26,934 nt of DNA from Octopus sinensis (taxonomy: Eukaryota). The stretch lies in contig NW_021836078.1 of the NCBI RefSeq assembly GCF_006345805.1, forward strand, positions 1-26,934. Reading direction: 5' to 3'. The first letter of the stretch is position 1, and every line of letters starts with the position of its first letter. The notes under the pieces are model-generated. The model saw only the letters and a program-made list of their open reading frames with translations, ran no database searches and was not told the DNA's origin. Position numbers and translations under genes: made by a program. Shown here in pieces: positions 11,279 to 20,602 of the stretch.

Positions 11279-13295
11279 TATTTCATTAAATTTGCCACAA
11301 GGGCAGCACACATAGAGAAGCTTGAGGGCTAGACAAAGACATTAATGGGATGAATGATGATGATATATGGATGATAAGGATGAGAGAAGACGAAAAGCGC
11401 CCGCCGACTTTCGCTTCTCTAAAACATTGTTCTGTTTTTCTTCTTTTTTTTTTAAACACCATGAGGCAATAAACCTCTTACACAGTTCAAAATTAAAAAT
11501 AAAACACAAACACGAGGCAATAATCCTCTCACTTTTTACATTTTTAGTCTCTTTTTGAGGTAATACACCTCTTCAATTTTTCCGCCCGGCCAGGCTCCTC
11601 GCTTCATCGAAGCACCTGGTCCGTTCCGAACTTAAAGGTTTCAACATAAATCTGAAGGAGTCCTTCGGAAAGGAGTTCGTTATCTTCCACAGATCGTTCT
11701 CCCATATGACCTCCGCAGCCACCTGCGAAGGCCACTCAGGATCCTCCGTGTAGGACAGAAGCCCCTCCCACCGGCACTTCCTTTCAATTTTTTTAATTTC
11801 ATTTTGCAAGGTTCCTCCCTTGTGGAAGAGGACCAAAAATTCCTCCTCCAGCAGCACACCCGCCAAAGGTGAATCGGGACACGCCGGCAGCGTGTCACAA
11901 CCCGCCGGCAATGTCCCGTTTTTCTATTTTCTTTTCTTTTTCCCATGGGCTGCGGGAGGGCGGTGTTCCCTTGCTGTGTCCAGCAGGTCCTCCTTTTCTC
12001 CCGCAGCTCTCGGGTTCTTCGGTGGGCAACCATTGTTGCCCACCTTTCGCTTTCGTTTTTTCGAGGAGGTGGAAACCTCCTCGACATCCTCCTCCTTCTC
12101 TCCCTCCATTGAGGGAGCAGGGAGTGGTTCCTCTGTTAACTGCTCCAGGATCCTATTTTGGTCCTTGGGGCAGTTTTTCTTGATGTGGCCGGTCTCCATT
12201 CACAGGTGACACTTGTGGGGGGGGGCGTCCCTCGAGCATCACCGGATACCTAGACCCGGCCATCCTAAAAAAATCTGGGAAAACCAGACTTTCGGCTGAT
12301 TGGGTCCATAGGGTCAACACAGCTTTTGATCCCTCCCAATCAGCCGCAGGCAAAATTTTTACGTTGAGCAGCTTGGTACTGCTACCACTCAGACCCCGGC
12401 GGATAGAGTCCTCTATCCACTCGGGCTCAATTCCGGGTGGCAAGCCGCAAACCCAAGCCCTCGTAAACTTCTTTCCACAATAACTGGGAAGAAACATTAT
12501 TTCCTTCCCCTCGGGGAAGCTTCTTTGGGGGAGTCAAATAGCAACCAGACCGTTTCAAATTTGACTCCCGTGAAATAAATTTAATAGCTGGCATGTATTC
12601 TGCCAGCTCTTTCAAAATTGTGGCTTTCGGGAAGATGGTTATGATATCGAGCGACTTTGAATAAGTCCTCAACACCACCGTCTTCCTTTCGAGCTCTTTT
12701 AGCCATGATTTGGGAGGTGTTAATTCCCACACTAATATTTCGTTTGCCATTTTTTTTAAAATAAAAAGTTAAAATACAGTTCGTCAATACGTTTTCAAAT
12801 AAAGAAAGGTACACACACACAAAAAAAAAAAGAAAGAAGACACAACAGAAGAGAAGAAAAAATAAAAATAACAGTTCGAATAAAGTTTTTTTTTATTTTA
12901 AATAAATGATAGCTGTGAAAAGAGAGTTCAAATCCAGGCAAAGAAATAAATTTTCGGCCGAAAGGTACTCCTGGCCAATCCTTTTAATCCACGTGGGCAC
13001 AAAAATTTTAAAATACAATTTCTCACAATTATGTGAGACAACACACGTCTCCACCGTAAGGCAGAAAAAAAGCTTCGAATCCAGTAAGGACTCCCTGCCT
13101 GTTCAAAAAAATAAAACCAACAGGCAACAAATCCTACCGGACTCAAAAAGCAAAATGTCTTACCTTACAGTAGAGCGTCTTTCAGTTCAACTTTCGCCAG
13201 CGTGACGACTTCAACAGGTGAGTGAAGAACACTGTTTTTGTTCTTTTTTCTTTTTAGGACGGAGCTCAAGGCTAGACATCTTCTCAGTTCAACCC
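11279..13295 (-). mobile_element. Non-autonomous non-LTR retroelement encoding only ORF1 (L1/Tx1-like, HAL1-type architecture)
   Basis: Perfect 15-bp TSD GGAAGCAAGCTTCTT at 11264-11278 and 13296-13310. ~545-bp 5' region, ORF1, ~295-bp 3' region ending ...CCCTTGTGGCAAATTTAATGAAATA. No RT, endonuclease, LTRs or TIRs. Confidence 0.8.
11573..12750 (-). pseudogene. Disrupted ~390-aa gag-like/ORF1 nucleic-acid-binding protein with CCHC zinc knuckle
   Basis: ORF fragments 12427-12750, 12153-12497, 11924-12199 and 11573-11911 join across frameshifts/stops. ...TRAWVCGLPPGIEPEWI...LEGRPP-KCHL*METGHIKKNCPK is CX2CX4HX4C with the second Cys mutated to TGA, followed by acidic and KKRKRK stretches. Confidence 0.8.
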
Positions 13296-13482
13296 GGAAG
13301 CAAGCTTCTTACCACACAGCCACGCCTGCACTTGCGTATGTATATATATTTTTTCTATCGTGGGTAGAAAGCCAGGTGAGGATGTAAGCAATTGCACCAA
13401 ACTCAATACTTTATTGGTACTTTATTTTATCAATTCCGCAAGGAACAAAAAGGAAGTTGTAAATGTAAACATCTTTTTTACT

Positions 13483-13693
13483 TTTCGCGCAAGATCAACA
13501 ATTTTGAGAGGAAAGGCGGCAAGTCGATTACATCGGCCTTAGTAATTGACTGGTACTTTTTTTTTTTTTATCTATTCCAAAAAGACGATAATCTAAGTTG
13601 ATCTCGACTTGATTTGAACTGAGAGATTAAAAAGTCCGAAGAAAAGCAGCTAGGCATTTTGTCCGACGCTCTAACAATTCTGCCAACTTGCCG
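13483..13693 (-). mobile_element. Old diverged SINE A (tail-3 type)
   Basis: AGTCGATTACATCG...CTGGTACTT...GATTTGAACT...CTAACAATTCTGCCAACTTGCC. Confidence 0.7.
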
Positions 13694-13700
13694 ATGTAAA

Positions 13701-13915
13701 TATTGATTTTCAATTTTGGCACAAGGCCAGCAATTTCGAGGGAGGAGTAAGTCGATTACATCGATCCCAGTGTTCAACTGGTACTTATTCTATCGGTCTC
13801 AAAAGGATGAAAAGCAAAATCGACCTCGGCTGAATTTGAACCCAGAATGTAAAGACGGACAAAATGCTGTTAAGTATTTTGCCCGGCGTGCTAACGATTC
13901 TGTCGGCTCACCACC
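13701..13915 (-). mobile_element. SINE A with tail-3, probable ~12-bp TSD
   Basis: Full head/body; tail (minus strand) ...GAAATTGCTGGCCTTGTGCCAAAATTGAAAATCAATA. Flanks TGCCGATGTAAA (13689-13700) and TGTCGATGTAAA (13918-13929). Confidence 0.85.
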
Positions 13916-14066
13916 TATGTCGATGTAAACGAGATTAGTACTCGAAATATTATTGTCTTAATATCTTGCCTGCTTGCGGGAGATAGCAATAAATAGAACA
14001 TGTTTATTCATTGATTCAGAAGCAAGGAAAATGTCATTTATCACTTTGATTGATTAATGTATTTAC

Positions 14067-14400
14067 AACCAATTTAGGTGGTGCTCCAGCATGGCCACAG
14101 TCAAAATGACTGAAACAAGTAAAAGAATAAAAAGCCAATCACCATCGTGTGTTGTATTTCTGACTGTCTACTTTATAGCAGATTGTATTCGAATTAAGAT
14201 TCTTTATTTCCGAACTTAGAGTAACAATATTCTTTTCCACTAGGTTCACCAACACAACTCTAAATATGAGCCTACTAGTCTGAAAATTTTTCGTATAACT
14301 AACAGTTCATCTCTGATATTTAGGTGTTCAGATTATATATTAATATCTGGTCTGAGGCGGCGAGCTGGCAGAATCGTTAGCACGCTGGACGAAATCCTTA
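14067..14400 (-). repeat. Right arm of the inverted duplication (partner 10701-11079)
   Basis: See left arm. Confidence 0.9.
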
Positions 14401-14430
14401 ATGTATACATTTTCAATATATCGACATATA

Positions 14431-14623
14431 GGTGCAGGAGTGGCTGTGTGGAAAGTAGCTTACTTACCAACCACATGGTTCCGGGATCAGTCCTACTGCG
14501 TTGCACCTTGGGCAAGTGTCTTCTACTATAGCCTCGGGCTGACCAAAGCCTTGTGAGTGGATTTGGTAGATGGAAACTGAAAGAAGACCGCCGAATATAT
14601 ATATATATATATATAATAATATA

Positions 14624-14666
<43 letters not shown>

Positions 14667-14877
14667 ATGTATATGTGTGTGTATATATTTGTGTCTGTTT
14701 TGTCCCCCCCAACACACCGATGTTGGTGTGTTTACGTCCCGGCTCGGCTAAAAAGAACCGATAGAATAAATACTAGGCTTATAAAGAATAAGTCTTAGGG
14801 TCGATTTGCTCGACTAAAAGGCAGTGCTCCAGCATGGCCGCAGTCAAATAACTGAAACAAGTAAAAGAGTAAAAGAG
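14431..14877 (+). mobile_element. Full-length SINE B (tRNA-type head, CORE-like CACCTTGGGCAAGT block, internal TA/TG microsatellite, (TAAAAGAG)n tail)
   Basis: A-box-like TGGCTGTGTGG, B-box-like GGATCAGTCC, core motif resembling MIR/CORE TGACCTTGGGCAAGT; many homologous copies in this window. Confidence 0.85.
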
Positions 14878-15028
14878 TATATATGTCCAATTCTACCTAA
14901 ATGTGAAAAGTACACTATTAAAGCTGTTTTGGACAACACAACATTATTCAGAGAGTGCTGGAAGAGAGTTAAGAGAAGCTCAAATATATTCACGTTTGAT
15001 ATGAATATTGATTCATAATTTAAGTGTT

Positions 15029-15206
15029 CAGACGTGGCTGTGTGGTAAACAGTTTGCTTTCCAGTCACATGGTTCCGGGTTCAGTCACTCTGCATGGTAC
15101 GTTGGGTGAGAGTCTTCTATTATGGCTTCAGGTCACCAAAGCCTCGTGAGCGGATTTAGCTGAGAAAAACTGAATGAACCCCGATGTGTGTGTGTGTGTG
15201 TGTGTG

Positions 15207-15252
<46 letters not shown>
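15029..15252 (+). mobile_element. SINE B head/core ending in (TG)n
   Basis: GTGGCTGTGTGGTAA...CACATGGTTCCGGGTTCAGTC...ACCAAAGCCTCGTGAGCGGATTT. Confidence 0.8.
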
Positions 15253-15255
<3 letters not shown>

Positions 15256-15432
15256 CGTGTTTGTAATATTTTCGACTAATGGGTATGTGTCAATTAGTGT
15301 GCTGGTGTGTTGAGTAAGGCATTGGCGCGGTTTGGGCTACCTGTTGTCATCCGCAGTTGTAGTATTTTTCCGTTGGATCTACTTTAGGAATGCTGCAGTG
15401 TTAGCTGAGACAACAAATATTATCTCAATCGA

Positions 15433-15717
15433 TTATAATCGATTAAGGAAACAGAAAATGTATTTGGTATTAGTCTTTGTTTTCTACGACAATCGTTTCG
15501 ACTCATTCTGCGACTGTCCCTTATGGGTGGGATCTTTAGCGGGACACTTTATGTATGAATGCACCTGAGGTGACTCAGCCTCCATAGTTGATGCAACACA
15601 ATATGATGCACAAATGCACAGAAACTCACCCATAAGGGACAATTGCAGGATGGGTCGAAACTATTGTCGTACAAAATAAAGACTAACAGCAAATCCATCT
15701 CTGTTTCCTTAATCGGT

Positions 15718-15722
<5 letters not shown>
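15433..15722. mobile_element. Penelope-pLTR-like module with ~100-bp inverted arms (15433-15531 / 15625-15722)
   Basis: Arms are clear reverse complements with substitutions. Contains a hammerhead-like motif and abuts (TA)n. Confidence 0.6.
15560..15673 (+). ncRNA. Degenerate type I hammerhead-like motif with extended stem II
   Basis: UGCAC CUGAGGU GACUCAGCCU [~65 nt] AGGAUGGGUC GAAAC UAUU GUC^GUACA; A9 position not conserved. Confidence 0.55.
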
Positions 15723-15787
<65 letters not shown>

Positions 15788-16076
15788 GTGTGTGTGTGTG
15801 TGGTGTGTGGTGTGTGTTATGTGTGTGTTTGTATATATATATATATTATTAAGAATAGTAGGGAATATAAAATCCAAACTTACAGGGAAAAATTCAATTT
15901 AGCAATACTAAATGAATTTATCACAATATATAATATATGTATAATAAGAGAAAAAATACCTATATTAAGTAATCAATATAAATATAATATATAATATATT
16001 AAAATTTTTTCTAGATGATTTAATATAGATAATATATTTCGCTATCAATTGAATTACTTAATAGAGGTTATTTCTC

Positions 16077-16154
<78 letters not shown>

Positions 16155-16241
16155 TATTTGAGACAAAACCACTATTTTGCAAAAAAAACAAGGGGAAAGA
16201 CTTAATCAATACATAAAATTAATAAATAGTCAAAAAAACCG

Positions 16242-16283
16242 CCACTACAATCGTTCTTGTCTTGATCGACAATCTTCAGGTGG
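16242..16283 (-). ncRNA. Type I minimal hammerhead-like motif
   Basis: Minus strand: CCAC CUGAAGA UUGUC GAUCAA GACAA GAA-C GAUU GUA^GUGG. Stems I and II are perfect; one A of GAAA is missing. Confidence 0.7.
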
Positions 16284-16365
16284 ACTTCCAATAATTCAGT
16301 TATATATATTATATATATATAATATATATGTATATATATATGTATATATATATATTATATAATAT

Positions 16366-16411
<46 letters not shown>

Positions 16412-16427
16412 GTATTATATATATATA

Positions 16428-16503
<76 letters not shown>

Positions 16504-16621
16504 CCCTCCTTTTTCCCTTTTTCTGAGCGCCTAATAATAATACTTTAATTGTTCCACCTCCTAGTGTGTTGTTTTTTCTGTTTTCTCGTTTGGATTAACC
16601 TTATATATATATTATATATAT

Positions 16622-17038
16622 AAAGGAAATGAAGAAAATGCTGACAAAATAATTTAGTAATTTAAGTAATTTAATTAGGTGAAAGTTCTTTTTACCGGTT
16701 GCGCATTTGTTATGCTTATCAAAAGAAATTTTTTTAAGAGAGATAGAGTTTCTTTCTGATAGATTTTCCCTCTTATCTGTGTGTGTGTGTGTGTGTGTGT
16801 GTTTGTATATATATATATATATATTATTAATAATAGTAGGGAATATAAAATTCCAAACTTACAGGGAAAAATTCCTCTTATCAGATAAGAGGAAAAAATC
16901 TATCAGAAAGAAACTCTATCTCTCTTAAAAAAATTTCTTTTGATAAGCATAACAAATGCGCAACCGGTAAAAAGAACTTCACCTAATTAAATACTTAAAT
17001 ACTTAAATTATTTTGTCAGCATTTTCTTCATTTCCTTT
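16622..17038. repeat. ~157-bp inverted repeat (16622-16779 / 16882-17038); second copy ~18187-18591
   Basis: Near-perfect reverse complements; each arm carries a degenerate hammerhead-like motif. Confidence 0.95.
16935..16976 (+). ncRNA. Degenerate hammerhead-like motif (also 16686-16727 -, 18248-18287 -, 18488-18528 +)
   Basis: UUCUU UUGAUAA GCAU AACAA AUGC GCAAC CG GUA^AAAAGAA: topology retained, palindromic ACCGGU stem III, three core substitutions. Confidence 0.45.
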
Positions 17039-17076
17039 TTATATATCACTACTCGTGTTCCACATCTCCTTTTTTA

Positions 17077-17111
<35 letters not shown>

Positions 17112-17113
<2 letters not shown>

Positions 17114-17332
17114 ACTTCCGTCTTTTAGTATGTGACCTCGTGAATACCACCGGCAATTTTTTTTCCTCTGTCCTCCCGTCTCGGGATCTTTCCTTCTCCT
17201 ATGTTTCAGACGAAGAGCTCCGCTCGAAACGTCAAACCCTCCTTCTTCTCTTCTTTCCTGAGCGTCCAATAATACTTTATTTGTTCCACATCCTTGCGTT
17301 GTTGTCTTTTTGTTTTCTTGTTTGGATTAACT
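17112..17332 (+). mobile_element. Penelope-pLTR-like module (copy at 18678-18900; diverged 3' halves at 16503-16600 and 18056-18160)
   Basis: ~220-bp unit between (TA)n tracts with a central minimal hammerhead-like motif. Confidence 0.65.
17203..17237 (+). ncRNA. Minimal type I hammerhead-like motif
   Basis: GUUU CAGACGA A GAGC UCC GCUC GAAAC GUC^AAAC; stem III is reduced to the palindrome ACGU, and U4 is replaced by A. Confidence 0.65.
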
Positions 17333-17763
17333 TTATATATATATATTGTATTGATAATTGTGGTCACTTTAATTTGGTTGTCCTCTAAGAGACGACGATA
17401 CTACTATTTAACTTTAGAAGACATCTCCTCCAGCTGGTTTATTCAGTGCGCTTCTCGGACTCGATATTTATTGCAAGCGGGAAATAACTACTGTCACCCT
17501 AGCTTCGAAACCACCAGGCTGCGTGGTTTCGATTTGTATTGGATCTCTTTGGTGTTGGGCACTCGTTTGCCAGGCATGGCAGCAGTTTAACTTCGCTTGC
17601 AATATATAGAAAGAACCGTGTTATACATCCACTGATTTTGTAATTACGAAACTAGTCCATTAACACACACACACACAGATACGCGCGCACACACACACAC
17701 ATGCGTGCGCGTGCGCCACACACACACACACACACCACACACACATATATTTTCCGATGGCCA

Positions 17764-17823
17764 GATAACTGAAAAGATGGCGGCGTGGATTTCCCCTCGG
17801 CATCCGAAACTCGGAGTTTTATC
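17764..17823 (+). ncRNA. Degenerate type I hammerhead-like motif with long stem II
   Basis: GAUAA CUGAAAA GAUGGCGGCGUGGA..CCCUCGGCAUCC GAAA CUC G GAG UU^UUAUC; stem I GAUAA/UUAUC is perfect. Confidence 0.55.
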
Positions 17824-17865
17824 ATGGCTACCGAATAATTGTCACATATTACATTTAAGAATATT

Positions 17866-17908
<43 letters not shown>

Positions 17909-18021
17909 ATAATATATATATACATATATACATACATACATACATACAACATATAATATATATATATATATATTATATATATATATATATAGATATATAT
18001 ATAATTATATTATATATATAT

Positions 18022-18056
<35 letters not shown>

Positions 18057-18630
18057 CCCCCCTCCTTTTTCCCTTTTTCCTGAGCGCCTAATAATACTAC
18101 TTAATTGTTCCACCTCCTAGTTTGTTTTTTTTCTGTTTTCCGTCCTCGTTTGGATTAACCTTATATATATATATATATATAATAACGGAAATGAAGAAAA
18201 TGCTGACAAAATAATTTAAGTATTTTAAGTATTTAATTAGGTGAAAGTTCTTTTACCGTTGCGCATTTGTTATGCTTATCAAAAGAAATTTTTTTTAAGA
18301 GAGTAGAGTTTCTTCTGATAGAAGATTTTCCCTCTTATCTGTGTGTGTGGTGTGTGTGTTTGTATATATATATATACTTATTAATAATAGTAGGGAATAT
18401 AAAATTCCAAACTTACAGGAAAAATCCTCTTATCAGATAAGAAGGAAAAAATCTATCAGAAAGAAACTCTATCTCTCTTAAAAAAATTTCTTTTGATAAG
18501 CATAACAAATGCGCACCGGTAAAAAGAACTTCACCTAATTAAATTACTTAAATTACTTAAATTATTTTGTCAGCATTTTCTTCTCATTTCCTTTTTATAT
18601 ATCACTACTCGTGTTCCACATCTCCTTTTT

Positions 18631-18677
<47 letters not shown>

Positions 18678-18768
18678 CCACTTCCGTCTTTTAAGTATGT
18701 GACCCTCGTGATACCACCGGCAATTTTTTTTCCTCTGTCCTCCCGTCTCGGGATCTTCCTTCTCCTAT

Positions 18769-18803
18769 GTTTCAGACGAAGAGCTCCGCTCGAAACGTCA
18801 AAC
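18769..18803 (+). ncRNA. Duplicate of the 17203-17237 hammerhead-like motif
   Basis: Identical sequence. Confidence 0.65.
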
Positions 18804-19319
18804 CCTCCTTCTTCTCTTCTTTCCTGAGCGTCCAATAATACTTTATTTGTTCCACATCCTTGCGTTTTTGTCTTTTTGTTTTTTCTTGTTTGGATTAACT
18901 TTATATATATATATTGTATTGATAATTGTGGTCACTTTAATTTGGTTGTCCTCTAAGAGACGACGATACTACTATTTAACTTTAGAAGACATCTCCTCCA
19001 GCTGGGTTATTCAGTGCGCTTCTCGGACTCGATATTTATTGCAACGGGAATAACCTACTGTCACCCTAGCTTCGAAACCACCAGGCTGCGTGGTTTCGAT
19101 TGTATTGGATCTCTTTGGTGTTGGGCCCTCGTTTGCCAGGCATGGCAGCAGTTTAACTTCGCTTGCAATATATAGAAAGAACCGTGTTATACATCCACTG
19201 GTTTTGTAATTACGAAACTAGTCCATTAACACACACACACACAGATACGCGCGCACACACACACACCTGCTTGCGCGTGCGCACACACACACACACACAT
19301 ATATATTTTCCGATGGCCA

Positions 19320-19379
19320 GATAACTGAAAAATGGCGGCGTGGATTTCCACCTCGGCATCCGAAACTCGGAGTTTTATC
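19320..19379 (+). ncRNA. Duplicate of the 17764-17823 hammerhead-like motif
   Basis: Near-identical, with stem II GUGGA/UCCAC better paired. Confidence 0.55.
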
Positions 19380-19419
19380 ATGGCTACCGAATAATTGTCA
19401 CATATTACATTTAAGAATA

Positions 19420-19451
<32 letters not shown>

Positions 19452-19460
19452 TATATATAT

Positions 19461-19491
<31 letters not shown>

Positions 19492-19503
19492 ATATAATAT
19501 ATA

Positions 19504-19540
<37 letters not shown>

Positions 19541-19579
19541 ATAATATATATATATATTATATATATATACATATATAAA

Positions 19580-19680
19580 TGTATGTGTGTGTGCGTGTGT
19601 GTATGTGTGTTTGTGTGTATGCCTCTGTTTTTGTGTTTATTCCCTACCACCGTTTGACAACCGTAATTTAGCGATGTCTG
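19580..19680 (+). mobile_element. SINE B tail fragment
   Basis: (TG)n...CCCTACCACCGTTTGACAACCGTAATTTAGCG matches the B tail. Confidence 0.5.
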
Positions 19681-19916
19681 CTCCGCTCTAATAAATATCT
19701 TCATATGTAGTTTGTAGGCACCTACTTTCTTCTTCTAACTGCGTGGTTGGAAATAAGAGCTTTACCAGCCCGACGCTGTTGTTATTTCTTGGGCAAGTAA
19801 AAATGGTCTTTCGCCAAAAGATTGAAACTACCGATATGCATAATATGAAACTGATCAGGGGATTGTGGCTGCTCCTTCTAGATCATCCTGATATTTACGA
19901 TTTTTAGCCGGCAGAA

Positions 19917-20143
19917 ATATATATATATATATGTATGGATGTATGTATGTATGTATGCATGTAGGTATGTATGCATGTATGTATGCATTGTGCGCATATA
20001 TGCATTGTATGTGCATGTCTTGGTTGTTTGTGAATGTAAATATGTGTTTGAATTTGGAGAGTATATATATATATTATATATATATATATATATCTATATT
20101 ATATAATAGATATATTATATATATATATATGTAATATATATGC

Positions 20144-20174
<31 letters not shown>

Positions 20175-20353
20175 GATATATATATATATAATTATATTAT
20201 ATATATATATACATTATATATATGTTATATGTATATATATATATACACATTATTATCACATACAGCCGAAGATTTGGTCTATGTGTTTGTGTGTGTCATT
20301 GTTTATATACATTCTAAGATATACATACATACATACATACAACATACATACCT

Positions 20354-20389
<36 letters not shown>

Positions 20390-20569
20390 TATAATATACA
20401 TATACACAGATACATTATTACTATCAGTTTCTTTTTATCCAGATACTCATACACATGCATGCATATATACAAATGCGCGTGTGTGTTTGTATGGGTATGT
20501 CTGTATAGATTCTTCTGTATGTGTCCTCGTGATTAAATGCGCTCGTGCATGTGGGTATGTATTTATTTA

Positions 20570-20602
<33 letters not shown>
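19917..20602. repeat. Low-complexity (TA)n/(TATG)n/(GT)n region
   Basis: Directly visible. Confidence 0.85.

Larger units (their letters stand above)
11005..13329 (-). mobile_element. SINE B (core deleted) split by the 2-kb ORF1 element: head 13296-13329, tail 11005-11278
   Basis: Minus strand reads GCAGGCGTGGCTGTGTGGT-AAGAAGCTTGCTTCC [insertion] AAGAAGCTTGCTTCC-CAACC...CGCTTGACAACCGATG...AGTCAAAATGACTGAAGCAAGTGAAAGAATAAAAGA. Confidence 0.85.
16503..19480. repeat. ~1.55-kb tandem duplication (~16503-17950 / ~18056-19480) of (TA)n-separated modules
   Basis: The same modules recur in the same order at an offset of ~1535-1566; differences are mostly homopolymer/microsatellite indels. Confidence 0.95.

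Noticed and set aside
10701-14400. Large TIR transposon enclosing the zinc-knuckle ORF
   Set aside because: The arms are composed of SINE fragments plus spacer, have no TSD, and the ORF element has its own TSD.
14431-14500. tRNA genes at SINE heads
   Set aside because: Only A/B-box-like remnants with no cloverleaf; they are part of multi-copy SINEs.
16030-16068. Additional minus-strand hammerhead (CUAUUAA GUAA..UAGC GAAAU)
   Set aside because: Too many core and stem mismatches in very AT-rich DNA to support.
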